DNA of 64,000 nucleotides from Octopus vulgaris (lineage: Eukaryota). The position numbers and the translations under genes are program-made. The DNA lies in the NCBI GenBank assembly GCA_951406725.2, contig OX597831.1:27094001-27158000 (forward strand), given 5' to 3'. Shown one piece after another: positions 24,950 to 37,840 of the stretch (the stretch's first letter is position 1; the number at the start of each line of letters is the position of its first letter). Under the pieces are notes generated by a model. The model had not been told where the DNA came from, ran no database searches, and saw only the letters and a list, made by a program, of their open reading frames with translations.

Positions 24950-25300
24950 AACTTACTTGGAAAAGGATGCGTGACGTTCGATCATATAATAATACAAATA
25001 ATATATAAATATATGCATATATACATACATATATGTACATACCTATGATGGACCATGAAGTCTGGCGTAACATAGTAAATTCCATTGTCTCGACCACGGT
25101 CGAACAATGATGATGATGTATATATACATGCATATATGGGTACAGGACATCAAAAAAACGTTGAACACAATGAGAAACAAAAACATTGAAACGAACTTTT
25201 TTTCAAACAACGAAAAAATACAGAGAAACAAGACATACAACAGAAAGAATTTTCCTCTTCTTCAGCTGTCCATGTTTCATCTACTCCGCGTTTCGAAGGT
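24950..25300 (-). mobile_element. Penelope-like terminal-repeat fragment with an inserted LINE 3' end
   Basis: Same family as 21850-22176 and 56226-56490. Minus strand reads CCTTCGAAACGCGGAGTAGATG...CTGAAGAAG. Confidence 0.5.
25045..25118 (+). mobile_element. Extreme 3' end of an RTE-like LINE
   Basis: Encodes MMDHEVWRNIVNSIVSTTVEQ* ('DR..WR..V'-type C-terminus) followed by a (TGA)n tail. Confidence 0.5.
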
Positions 25301-25935
25301 AAGTAAGTAAGTAAGTAAGTAAGTATGTATGTATGTATGTATGTATGTATGTATGTATGTATGTATGTATGTATGTATGTATATGTATGCATGCATGTAT
25401 GTATGTATGTATGTATGTATGTATGTATGTATGTATGTATGTATGTGTGAATGTACGTACATATGTATTTACATATGTATATATGTGGAATAAAATCCGA
25501 AAGAAAGCTGATCAAGATATCGTTTGTCAAACTAAACACAATTACAAAAACGTATCATGTATATGAGGCCTAAAATTGGAAAAAATCGGTTAACTAAGAT
25601 TATCCAAACAATTAGTAGGCAAAAACTCCTTTTGGCTGCGATGAAATCGAAAAACGACAAACAAGGGAGATGAATTCAAAAAGATCATTAGACTGAAGTT
25701 TTTGGTTAAGATAGTGTATGTGTATAGGTTTCTCTATATGTGTGTGTGTGTGTGTGTGTATAGATATGTATGTGTGTATGTGAATGTACGTGTGTATACG
25801 TATGTGTTATGTGTATATATATGTATGTATGTGCGCTTAAGTATATGTGTGTTTTGTTTGTGTATGCGTGTGCGTTATGTGTGTATATATGTCGATTGAA
25901 GTGTGTTTGGTCTTTAAAAGCTACTGTGGAAAGTA

Positions 25936-26102
25936 TTCTTTACTACTCCAGGCATAAGGTCCGAAACTTTGGGGGAGGTGGGGGCCAGTCGATTAGACCG
26001 ACCCCAGTATGCAACTAGTACTTAATTTATCGATCCCGAAAGGATGAACGGCAACGTCGACCTTGACGGAATTTGAACTCAGAACGTAAAGACAGACGAA
26101 AT
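25936..26102 (-). mobile_element. Family A SINE fragment
   Basis: Core and tail match. Confidence 0.75.
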
Positions 26103-26319
26103 ATATATATATATACAAAGTGAGATAGGGGTTATGAGTGTAACCCACTATGGGATATCATTTATCCAATAAACTGCCAGTAATTGTTTTATTCTGTCTT
26201 AATCTGTTGGATTTGGATGTTCCTATTTAATCTAAATAATTAGTTAATAAATTATATGAATTGGTATTGTCTGAAAGTTGATGATTGAAAGAAATCTATT
26301 CCTCCATTTTCTTATTTTG

Positions 26320-26386
<67 letters not shown>

Positions 26387-26389
26387 ATG

Positions 26390-26590
26390 TTTGTGTGTCT
26401 GTGTTTGTCGCCCCAACATCGCTTGACAACCGATGCTGATGTGTTTACGTCCCCGTAACAGCGGTTCGGCAAAAGAGACCGATAGAATAAGTACTAGCCT
26501 TACAGAGAGTAAGTCCTGGGGTAGATTTGCTCGACTCAAGGCAGTGCTCCAGTATGGCTACAGTCACATATCTGAAACAAGTAAAAGAGT
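26390..26590 (+). mobile_element. Family B SINE 3' half
   Basis: CATCGCTTGACAACCGATG...GACCGATAGAATAAGTACTAG. Confidence 0.85.
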
Positions 26591-26624
26591 AGAAAATGCT
26601 AAAATAATTTTATAAAAAACATTT

Positions 26625-26660
26625 CAGTACCGGTTTCAGTCATTGAGACTTTTTCAAATG
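26625..26660 (-). ncRNA. Hammerhead-like motif with U3-A8 core (degenerate stem I)
   Basis: Minus strand: cat-UUGAAAA-AGUC(UCAAU)GACU-GAAAC-CG-GUA-cug. Confidence 0.45.
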
Positions 26661-26714
26661 TAAGTATGGAAAACAATTAAATTTTGGAAAAATTAAAAGA
26701 AAAGTTTGTTAAAA

Positions 26715-26753
<39 letters not shown>

Positions 26754-27354
26754 GCAGTATTAGTACTGACAAAAGACCACACATTTTTGGCGTGCGGGTC
26801 GGGAACATGTAATTGAACCAATCAATAGTTTACTGCTGCTACTTTATTTTACCGATCACAATGGTGACTGTGACCGGACTTGAACTTACTACGTAAAGGT
26901 TTGTTATTAATCACTTTTGCAAGGTATTGAGCTGACAGATAAATTCATTCATTCCACCCTTCTCCATTTAAACTTTATTTTTATCAGCAATTTTTAAAAA
27001 CAGTCAGTTCTCCTTCATTATTCACATTTGGCCAATGTTCCTCTTTGACATGTCTTGAACTTAAAGATTTGTCACTAAACAGGGCTGTAAGTTATCGAAT
27101 TGCTAGATAACTTTGTTCGTATCTCCGCCATCATCCATTTGGCTTAATTTTTTTATTTTTTATGAACAATTTTTACAAATAAGTCGGTTCTCCATTGCTC
27201 ATAACTTATTGCCAATGTTCCACTAGTTTATTAATGCCTTAACAGTAGAGACCGTCAGGTCTTGACTCGAAGAATTCATCGAGTCACTTTTTTCTACTCC
27301 ATGTCGTCGTTCTTCGAAATGTGGTACAGATTGTCAGAGAGCGACAGTAAAAGG

Positions 27355-27479
27355 GCACATATGGTTGTGATGCATGTGCCTGCTGTACCCTTATCAGACG
27401 AGTAGTCATGATGGCTATACTGGGCTTCGTATATTTTACCCCCGTGTCACTTTGATGGCATGCACTGCTAATCTCACTC

Positions 27480-27520
<41 letters not shown>
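27355..27520 (+). mobile_element. LINE 3' UTR fragment with (AAT)n tail
   Basis: Near-identical to 51705-51845. Confidence 0.6.
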
Positions 27521-27521
<1 letters not shown>

Positions 27522-27522
<1 letters not shown>

Positions 27523-27908
27523 GGAAGCACTCCGTCGGTTACAACGACGAGGGTTCCGGTTGATCCGAATCAACGGAACAGCCTGTTCGTGAAATTAACG
27601 TGTAAGTGGCTGAGCACTCCACAGACACGTGTACCCTTAACGTAGTTCTCGGGGATATTCAGCGTGACACAGAGAGTGACAAGGCCGGCCCCCTTGAAAT
27701 ACAGGTACAACAGAAACAGGAAGTAAGAGTGAGAGAAAGTTGTGGTGAAAGAGTACAGCAGGGATCACCAGCATCCCCTGCCGGAACCTCGTGGAGCTTT
27801 TAGGTGTTTTCGCTCAATAATCACTCACAACGCCCGGTCTGGGAATCGAAACCGCGATCCTATGACCGCGAGTCCGCTGCCCTAACCACTGGGCCATTGC
27901 GCCTCCAC
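27522..27908 (-). mobile_element. Full-length family C SINE
   Basis: Head GGAGGCGCAATGGCCCAGTGGTTAGGGCAGCGGACTCGCGG; reverse complement of 40234-40620. Confidence 0.92.
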
Positions 27909-28868
27909 AATAATAATAATAATAATAACAAGAATAATAATAGTAATAATTCCCTCTACTAAAGGCACAAGGCCTGAAATGCTGTTGAGCATTTTGTCTG
28001 CTGGTGATCATGATCATGATGAAGCCAATGATGATGATCATCATCATCATGACCATGATCATGATGATCATGAGGAAGATAATCAACACCACCACTTTCC
28101 CGCCCACACCAGCATCACAGCTAGAAAACACCACACCAACATGTGAACCATAAACTGACAAACATTTTAGAAAAAAACATATCCAAAGTGTTTTGAGATA
28201 AGGAAATGTTGAATGTTGTGAAGTGGGCGGTTTTGAGTTCGAATGGGAGGTACGGAGGTTGGGGTGGGTGGGGGAAGGAGGTATTGGACTGGAATGTTTG
28301 TCTGGAATGCAACAATTGGCATCACCACCACCACCACCACCACCACCACCACCACTACCACCACCACCACCACCACCACCACCACCACCACCACCACCAC
28401 CACCACCGCCGCCGACATGGTAAACAGAATTAACGTCACTTCTTATCTCCCCCTTTTCTACGTTTCGTTTGTGTTGCTGTTGCGGGGTTTTCTTTTCTTG
28501 TTGACGCCATCATGGTGATAAGAAGATGAAAGCAACTTACGGTTTAAATTTTTTGTTGCTCTTATTGTTTATATAGCCCTAGGTCAGACCGTAGTCCTGA
28601 TTGAATAGACTGTGGTGGCGGCGGTGGTGTGGTGTTGATTGTGGTGGTGGTGATGGTGATTTTAAGAAATTCTTGCTGACATTGTCACGTTGTCTGTCAG
28701 CAAGATTCAATACGTTGAAACTACACGCGGAATGTATGGGACGTACGGGGGTCTTACAGAAAAAAATAAGACAATTTTTACGATGCATAAAACTGGTTAT
28801 AAATACTAAAATAATAGTAGTAGACAGATGTAATTTTACTGTATCATTCATTACAACAAAAACATTTA

Positions 28869-29640
28869 TCACTCATCATGGCCGCCCTTTTGGGCAATTA
28901 CTGCCTCAACACGAGAAAGAAATTCTTTTGCAACTGCCGCTGTCTCTGCCTTTTTGATTTTGCCTGTCGCACGATCGATGCAGGTCTTCGGATTGTTGAC
29001 ACTCGAGTGTGGTGAAGCTTTGGTCCTTGCTTGAATTACGCCCCATAAAAAGTAATCGAGAAGTTTCAGATCTGGGTTATTTCTGGACCGGAGGTTGGCC
29101 CAAACAAAAATTTTAAAAAATGGCACCTTCTCACCAGGGAAGGTCTGCGTTGCTTTTGACCCATGGTATGGTGCAGAATCCTGAATAAGCTCCAGATTGT
29201 CGAGCCCAGACTTCTGCTCCATCCAATAAAACAGAGAGTTCCAGACTCAAGGAAGGCTCAATGAAGTGTGGATCCATGACACTTCCATCCCTCGCCACGG
29301 TTCCGAATACCATCACAGAGGCAGGATTCTTTGTCTCAAACACAGAGGGGACGTCAGAAAGGGTTTATGCCATCACTCGAGAATTTATGCGGTTCAATTC
29401 AGCATCTACAGTGAACTTCTTCTCGTCCACAAACCCAAGAGTTTTTCCTGCACCCTGATGCTTGATAAATAACAGAAGCTTTAGGCATCTCTCGGCTCTG
29501 ATTGTTTTGGCCTTGGCTGTTACGAGGTGACGGCGTCGTGGAACATAGCTAGTCATGCCAAGGTTCCTGTTCACAGCTCTGGACACCGTGGATAGGGACA
29601 CATTTCGTTTGCTTGCAGTAATTGTCATGGATGTGGACGG
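28869..29640 (-). pseudogene. Tc1/mariner transposase remnant (maT/DD37D-like)
   Basis: Three frameshifted ORF pieces: HTH (VSLSTVSRAV), F.DEKKF, KNPASVMVFG, QDSAPYH, PDL..LDYFLWG and R.EAVI..KGGH. The third catalytic residue is D, 40 residues after the second in this copy. Confidence 0.9.
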
Positions 29641-30330
29641 ATTGTCTGTGATCATTTGGACATATTGTGCCGTCTCCACTGCCCAGTGTCTGGGAGATTG
29701 AACACGGATTATGTTCACTACTCGATCAGTCAAAGACTTTGTTTAATGTCCAGTGTGTGACCATCTGGACATCTACTTTCTCCATTGTCCAGTATCTAGA
29801 AGATTGGACACACATTCTCTCAACAGCTCAATCAGACAAGGAGTTTTCTCAATGTGACCATCTGGACATCTTGTATTCTCTTCAATATCCAGCGTGTAGA
29901 AGATTTGACATGCATTCTCTTCACTGGTCAATCGGATAAGCACTTTCGTCAATGTCCAGTCTATGACCATCTGAACATATTGTAGTTTCTTCAATGTCCA
30001 GTTTGTGGTTGGCAGGACATGTACTCTGTCAACACTCTAATTTGGGCGTGTTGTTTCCTCTCCACTGAAAACTCTGGGCATGCTACACGCTTTCAATGTT
30101 CAGTCATTAACAGCCTGGGCATTTACTCTCTTCATTGTCCAGTCTTCACAGACGATGCTCTCTTCAAGGTCATGTCTGTGATTGCCTGAGTATAATGTAT
30201 TCTCATTCTTGTCTAATTTTTAACTAACGAGACATGTACTCTCTCTCAACTTCAGTCTGTAACTGGCTGGACATACGATTCACTCTCCACTGTCCAGTCT
30301 GGGCATGTCTTCTCCCTATTATTCAGTCGG
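29640..30330. repeat. Degenerate ~33-40 bp tandem repeat (AATGTCCAGT.TGTGACCATCTGGACAT)
   Basis: Many diverged copies; a related block occurs at 34100-34295. Confidence 0.75.
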
Positions 30331-30654
30331 TCCCTGTATACATATAGCTGTAGTTGTTTAGCACCAAGTCAGCCTCGCTTGGATCAGGAGACCTCGAATC
30401 AAAGGTGTTCCAGTCATGGCCATTTTGTCTTTTCTTCAGACATAGTATACCTAAGAATACATTACGTAATGTATCATGCCGTTTTGTTTTTTAAACAATA
30501 AAATATACATTGGGGTAGATTTGGCTGCTGCTTCTAACAGATCGAATAAATACGTTGAGACTTATTCTTTGGCCTAAAGATGGTTATAGAGAACTCTTGT
30601 AGGCAAACATTTAACCTGTTTAAAATTAGAAGTTTCTCGTCGATGGATGTAATC

Positions 30655-31070
30655 CTTTTTACTTTATGCACAACGCCAGTAAATTTCCAGAGGCGGGACC
30701 TAATCGATTACACCGACCTCTGTGCTCCACTGGTACTTATTTTATCGACCCCGAAAGGATGAAATGTAAAGTCGACCTCGGCGGAATTTGAACTCAGAAC
30801 GTAAAGACGGACGAAATGCCGCTAAGTATTTTGACCGGGGTGCTAACGATTCTGCCAGCTTTGTCGATGAATGTAATATCAGTTTTAAATTTTTGGCACA
30901 AGGCCTGCAATTTAGAGGGAATAAGTCAATTACATCGACCCCAGTGATCAACTGATACTTATCTCGGCAAAATTGACTTCGACGGAATTTGAACTCAGAA
31001 CGTAAAAACGGGTGAAATGCCGCTAAGCATTTCGTCCGGCGCTCTAACGATTCTGCCATCGCGTTGCCTT
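30655..31070 (-). mobile_element. Two tandem family A SINEs
   Basis: Two GGAATTTGAACTCAGAACGTAAA...TAACGATTCTGCCA units. Confidence 0.85.
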
Positions 31071-31349
31071 TGTTGGGAGATGTAATATTTAGGAACTTGT
31101 GTTGGTGGTACGCTAACAGGAGGTATCTGTGACGTCATCCGTTATGATGTTGTACGTATATTTTGTGGAAGTGTGGGTAGCAAAAGGTTAAAAGTGTGGG
31201 TGCGAGGTGCTATCCCTTTGGTGCTATGTTCGGGAAGTCGCAGATTTAAGACATGCCGGGGTTATTGTTTTCTATACAGGCGTGGAATCCTGGTAACATA
31301 TTTCAACAGACAACGCTTTGTGTTGTCTGTTTAGAAAATGCTTAATGTT

Positions 31350-32362
31350 TTGTGTGTGTGTGTGTGTGTGTGTGTGTTCGTGTGTGTGTGTATATGTGTA
31401 TGGATGTGTATGAGTGTATGTGCGTATGTGAATGAATGTGTATGTGTATATGTGTCTCTGTGTGTGCGTATGAGTGTATGTGTACGAATGTGTGTGTCTG
31501 TGTTTATATGTGTGTTTATGTGTGTGTATTGCATGGATATGTAAGTGTGTATGTTATTGTGTGTGTGTGTCTATCTATGTACATGTGTATGGATTTGTAT
31601 GAGTGTATGTGTATGTGAAAGAATGTGTATATGTGTCTATGAGTGTGTATGTGTACGGATGTGTATGTGTGTCTGTGTTTATATGTGTGTATCGCATGGA
31701 TATGTGTATGTGTATGTTTATGCGTGTGTGTGTGTGTGTGTGTGTGTATGAGAGCACGCATACTTGTGTGTGTAAATGTGTATGCATGTGTTCGCTGTGT
31801 GTGCGTGTGTTATATATATGCGGTGTATGAGTGTCTGTATGTACGTGTGTATGTATATGTGTGTGTATGCGTGTATGTATGTGTGTGTATGTATATGTGT
31901 ATACATTTGTGTGTGTATGTGCGTGTATGTATATGTGTATACATTTGTGTGTGTGTATGTGCGTGTATGTATATGTGTATATATTTGTGTGTGTGTGTGT
32001 ATGTGCGTGTATGTATATGTGTATATATTTGTGTGTGTGTATGTGCGTGTATGTATATGTGTATATATTTGTGTGTGTGTGTATGTGCGTGTATGTATAT
32101 GTGTATATATTTGTGTGTGTGTATGTGCGTGTATGTATATGTGTATATATTTGTGTGTGTGTATGTGTGCGTGTATGTATATGTGTATATATTTGTGTGT
32201 GTGTGTATGTGCGTGTATGTATATGTGTATATATTTGTGTGTGTGTGTGTGCGTGTATGTATGTGTGTATATATTTGTGTGTGTGTATGTGCGTGTATGT
32301 ATATGTGTATATATTTGTGTGTGTGTATGTGCGTGTATGTATATGTGTATACATTTGTGTGT
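31350..32362. repeat. Compound TG/TA microsatellite with ~40-bp higher-order unit in the 3' half
   Basis: GTATGTGCGTGTATGTATATGTGTATATATTTGTGTGT repeated about 12 times. Confidence 0.9.
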
Positions 32363-32683
32363 GGTTGCGAATGCGTGGGTAGCTAGGAATGGGGTCAGAA
32401 GCTTGGCTGATTTCGACGATGTTTTTAGGATGGGGGTACGTAGGAGGTATTGTATTGTATTGTATTGTTGAAACCTGCATGCAGCGCGACGTTTCCGAAT
32501 AATTTGATCGTGTTGTTGTTGTTGTTGTTCTTCTTCTTCTTGCTACTTCTGTTCTAATTGATGAAAGTGGTTGGTGATGATGGCGATGGGTGGTTGGGTC
32601 TAAGAGCTTGAATCCTCGCAGAGATATACGTGGATTAGTGAAATAAATAAATAGATAAATAAATAAGAAGTTTTCTAATCATT

Positions 32684-32848
32684 GGCGTAGGAGTAAGCTG
32701 TGTGGTATAAATAGCTTGCTTACGAACCACATGGTTTCAGGTTCAGTCCCACTACGTGGCACCTTGAGCAAGTGTCTTCTACTATAGCCTCGGGCCGACC
32801 AAAGCCTTGTGAGTGGATTTGGTAGACGGAAACTGAAAGAAGCCCGTC

Positions 32849-32944
<96 letters not shown>

Positions 32945-33157
32945 GTATATGTTTGTGTGTCTGTGTTTGTCTCTCCCAACATCACTTGACAACTGATGGT
33001 GGTGTGTTTACGTCTCTGTCACTTAGCGGTTCGGCAAAAGAGACCGATAGAATAAGTACTAGACTTACAAGAGAATAAGTCCTGGGGTCGATTTGCTCGA
33101 CTAAAGGCGGTGCTCCAGTATGGCCACAGTCACATGACTGAAACAAGTAAAAGAGAA
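32684..33157 (+). mobile_element. Full-length family B SINE with internal (TA)n
   Basis: Head to GAAACAAGTAAAAGA tail. Confidence 0.92.
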
Positions 33158-33359
33158 TTGATTCTGTTTGTAAAGAGGAAGATGATGAGTCCGGGATTAA
33201 AGATGCGAAATGTAATTCTACCAAGTCTTTCAGATTCTGAGAATTTCAAAGTATTGATGGTGGTGGTGTTGTTGCTGCTGTTATTATTATTTTTTTTTTT
33301 GTGGTTGTTGTTGCTGTTATTGTTTTTCTTGCTGTTGCAGTTGTTGTTGTTATTTATTA

Positions 33360-33970
33360 AGGGCAATGGGCTGGCAGAATCGTTAGCACGCCGGGCGAAA
33401 TGCTTAGCGGTAATTCGACTGCCTTTACGTTCTGAGTTCAAATTCCGCCGAGGTCGACTTTGCCTTTCATATTTTCGGGGTCGATAAATTAAGTACCAGT
33501 TACGCACTGGGGTCGATGTAATCGACTTAATCCGTTTGTCTGTCCTTGTTTGTTCTCTCTGTGTTTAGCCCGTTGTGGGTAGTAAAGAAATAAGAATCGT
33601 TATCTCGCCGTGCAAAAGGCTTAGCGGAATTTCAACCATCTTTGCGCTCTGAGTTCAAATGCTGCCAGGGTCGACTTCCTTTCGGAGTCGATAATTAAGT
33701 ACCCGTTGCGTACTGGGGTCGATCAAATCGACTGGCCTCCCACCCCCATATTTCGGGCTTTGTGCCTAGAGTAGAAAAGAATCGTTATCACCCCGGGCAA
33801 AATGCTTAGCAGAATTTCAACTATCTTTGCGCTCTGGGTTCAAATGCCGCCGGGATCGACTTTGCCTTTCATGCCTTTCGGGGTCGTTAAACTAAGTACC
33901 AGTTGAACAATGGGGTCTGTGTAGTCGACTTACCCCCACCCTTGAACTGGCTGGTCTTGTACCAAAATTG
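33360..33970 (+). mobile_element. Three tandem family A SINEs
   Basis: Repeated AGAATCGTTA...GAGTTCAAAT...GGGGTCG units. Confidence 0.85.
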
Positions 33971-34967
33971 GAAATGATTATTGTTGTTGTTGCTCTTATA
34001 GTTGTTGTTTAGTTCGAGATAGGTTCTAATTGGCCAAAAAGGCGGTGCTCTAGCATGGCCACAGTCAAATGGCTGAAACAAGTAGAAGAGTAAAGAGTAG
34101 TTGTGTGGGCATCTTGTACACTCTCCAATGTCCAGTATGTGGAAGATTGCACACGTATTCTTCAATGTCCAGCCTGTGACCATTTGGACATATTGTGCTG
34201 TCTCCACTGCCCAGTGTCTGGGAGATTGAACACGGGTTCTCTTCACTGCTCGATCAGTCAAAGACTTTGTTCAATGTCCAGTGTGTGACCATCTGTGAGA
34301 TTCCAGCCACGACTATCCCACCATATTTTTCCTTCTAGTTTTATTGTACCCTGAATTACATTATAAATATTTTCTTCTATTTTTGTTTTTAACATGAGGG
34401 CATGTTTTGATGAAAATTTTTTGTTATCATCTCTAGCAAATCTAATTACCACATAGAGAATTCCACCTTGCTTTGAGGAGGTGGAGGAGGCGTAACTTCC
34501 GTTTTCTGAATCTGTCTTGTTTGTATGGTTTTTGGTGGGTGACTGAATTTGGAAAAGGAATATTTGAGGAGTGATTTCGCTTTCCGTTGAGTGTGGGTGT
34601 ATTAATTGAGGTTTATTGCAGCACGGGCAATAATGGACACACAGACACACAGACACACACACACACACATGTATATGCGACAGGCTTTTTTTCGGTTGCT
34701 GTCTACCAAATCTACTCACAAGGCTTTATTTGACCCAAGTTGTCACGCAGTGGGACTGAACCAGGAACCATGTAGTTGGGAAGACAGTCTTCTAACCATA
34801 AAGCCACACTTGTGCCTATAAAAACTTGAAAAAATTAGAACTTTTCCATTAAAGTGAAATCAAAGCTTAATTCGGAATTTTGTGTCTAAAATTCAGGCAG
34901 TAAAATTCTATGGTAAGATTAAATCGTTTCTGAAGTTGAAAGAGTTAACAAAAAATTGGTATGACTA

Positions 34968-35137
34968 GGCATAGGAGTGGCTGTGTTGTAAATAGCTTGC
35001 TTACCAACCACATGGTTCCAGGTTCAGTCCCACTGCGTGGCACCTTGGGCAAGTATCTTCTACTATAGCTTCGGGCCGACCAAAGCCTTGTGAGTGGATT
35101 TGGTAGACGGAAACTGAAAGAAGCCCATCGTATATAA

Positions 35138-35189
<52 letters not shown>

Positions 35190-35420
35190 GCGTGTGTGTG
35201 TGTTTGTGTGTCTGTGTTTGTCCCCTTAGCATTGCTTGACAACCGATGCTGGTGTGTTTATGTCCCCGTTACTTAGCGGTTCGGCAAAAGAGACCGATAG
35301 AATAAGTACTGGGCTTACAAAAGAATAAGTCCCGGAGTCGAGTTGCTCGATTAAAGGCGGTGCTCCAGCATGGCCGCAGTCAAATGACTGAAACAAGTAA
35401 AAGACAGTAAAAGAGTAAAA
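34968..35420 (+). mobile_element. Full-length family B SINE
   Basis: Head to tail match. Confidence 0.92.
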
Positions 35421-35508
35421 AGTTTGAATCAGGAACACAAGGTCACCACTAAATTATCGAATGGTCATCAGCATCTCGTTGATTCTCTCAGTGCAATAAT
35501 TATAATAC

Positions 35509-35730
35509 CTATTTCTTTACTACCTACAAGGGGCTACACACAGAGGGGACAAACAAGGACAGACAAACGGATTAAGTCGATTATATCGACCCCAGCGTAA
35601 CTGGTACTTATTTAATCGACCCCGAAAGGATGAAAGGCAAAGTCGACCTCGGTGGAATTTGAACTCAGAACGTAACGGCAGACGAAATACGGCTACGCAT
35701 TTCGCCCGGCGTGCTAACGAATCTGCCACC
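35509..35730 (-). mobile_element. Family A SINE
   Basis: Match to family A. Confidence 0.9.
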
Positions 35731-36066
35731 AGGAAAGAAACTAAATGAAAATGAATCAATGTATGATTATTTAGACCCGAAGGCATATCTTGGTTATTTG
35801 AGAAAATAGGGATAACGGCGGCCAGTCGGAGAAATGAACCCCACCAGGTGGAGTGGTTACTGCAACGAGAGTCGCTAACCATTCTCCGCGGCAACGCGAT
35901 CGCGGTCATTACCGCGGGGCGTGAGTGAGCACACCATTCGTTTCGGAGTACGTGGGCCATCGTCCCTTCGTCCTACATCATCTACTGCTTTATCCCCACC
36001 GTTTTTTGCTTTCTGTTATCCTTTTTGATCTATCTTTTTTCCTGTTTCTTCGTATTTAAATTGTTC

Positions 36067-36452
36067 ATCTTTTACTTGTTACAGTCATTAGACTGCGGCC
36101 ATGCTAAGGCATCGCTTTGAAATTTTTGTTCGAATGAATTGATCCCAGTACTTTCTTTTCTCTTTTTCTAAGCCTAGTACTTATTCTATCGGTCTCTTTT
36201 TTGCCGTAAACACAACAACACTAGTTGTTAAGCGGAGGTGGGGAACAAACACAACCACAAAGACACACACATAGATATCTATATATACGGCGGGCTTCTT
36301 TCAGTTTCCGGCCGCCAAATTTACTCACATGACTTTGGTCGGCCCGAGGTTAGAGTAGAAGACACTTGTCCGAGGTGCCACGCAGTGGGACTGACCCCGT
36401 TACCATGTGGTTAGGAAGCAAGCTTCTTACCACATAGCTACATCTGCGCCTG
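36067..36452 (-). mobile_element. Family B SINE (diverged)
   Basis: Match to family B. Confidence 0.85.
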
Positions 36453-36543
36453 TTATAATTTAAATTGAAATTTATTCTCAGTTTTATCAACCGAAATATT
36501 GTTCAATTCGTTCAGTTCAATAAACAGTCACAGTTTCTAAAAA

Positions 36544-36615
<72 letters not shown>

Positions 36616-36619
36616 TCTC

Positions 36620-37840
36620 AGTGTGTAAATTTTCTGAGCAAGAAGAAAATGAAAGGAGTGGCCGATACATAAAATTTGTTGCAGAAGTTTTGGAGCAAAT
36701 TAAACAGAGAATTTCTTTCAGAGAATTTTCGTCTTTGAGAATCAATGAGTAATTTTAGAGTAACAGAATGTGCCAAATCAATAAAACCTGGAATTATAGA
36801 CCTTACAAAATATTTTAATGAAGATCTAGAGATTCGAAGAAAAACTGGTTTTCAATGAAATAAAGTGTTTAAATGTTCGATGGACACAGGTTTCAGATAT
36901 GGTTTATTCCTTAAATGAAGCATCATCGTATAGGGGCTTCGACTGGCAAAAATCTGTTTGAACATTCGTCTAAGTTAGCTTTAACAACTTTAACGACTTT
37001 TATCGTATACTTATATGATGTGGAGAGAGTATTTAGCCGTATGAATCTTATGAAATCAAATCAGTTTAACCGTCAAAGCATAGACACAGTAAGAGAAACT
37101 TTGATCATCAAATACGGTTTTTACGAAGAGGTAAATAAATAGTGTATTGATTTATAAACTGTTATTAGAGAAGATTGAATCCAAGGATGCGTATAAATCA
37201 TGTGAAACTGGTGATCGGGAAATCTTCGAAAATAATATGGAGTTAAAATAAAAGTAGATATGCAAATTTTGTTTTATTTTTACAAGAATTGAAATTTTTA
37301 TTATATAATAGCAATATCGCCCGGCGTTGCTCGGGTTTGTAAGGGAAATAACTATATAAGCATTTTTAGAGAGTTATAGCCAAAAAATAACAAAAAAATG
37401 TATTAAAAATGGGAAAAAGATGATGGTAATTTTTTTTTTAAATCGTTGACTCATCGGAGACATTTTTAGAGAGTTACTTCCCTTTTTTTAATAGCGAAAA
37501 AATGCATTAAAATGGAAAAAAAATTATGGTAAATTTTTTTTAAATCGTAGACTCATCGTAGACGCGCGCTAATACCCAGAAGGGCTCGATTTGAATCACG
37601 ACTATAAGATACCCGCTTTTGGTTAAACTGCACCGCAAAATGTGGGAGTAGTTAGGAATCTAAATCGTAGGAGACAGACACACAACTTGACTTTTATATA
37701 TAAAGATATATTTTTTATATTTACCTTTTTTTGCATATGTGGTGGGGTTTTTTTTTTTTGGTACTTTCCGCTTTTATTTTAGAATCTTTTTAGTGCTTTT
37801 TTCGCTACCGAAATGACGCATTTTGAATTGGCAACTCTGA
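36620..37840 (+). pseudogene. hAT-type transposase C-terminal remnant with putative 3' terminal inverted repeat
   Basis: ORF 36915-37142 reads LF...SKLAL..L......VERVFSRMNLMKS...NR.S..T....L (hAT dimerisation motif). The end ...TTGGCAACTCTG at ~37839 resembles a CAG.GTTGCCA TIR. Interrupted by the Helitron at 37308-37706. Confidence 0.7.
37308..37706 (-). mobile_element. Non-autonomous Helitron
   Basis: Minus strand begins A|TC TTTATATATAAAAG and ends with hairpin CCCGAGCAACGCCGGG plus CTAt (CTAG mutated). Near-identical to 45109-45500. Confidence 0.88.
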
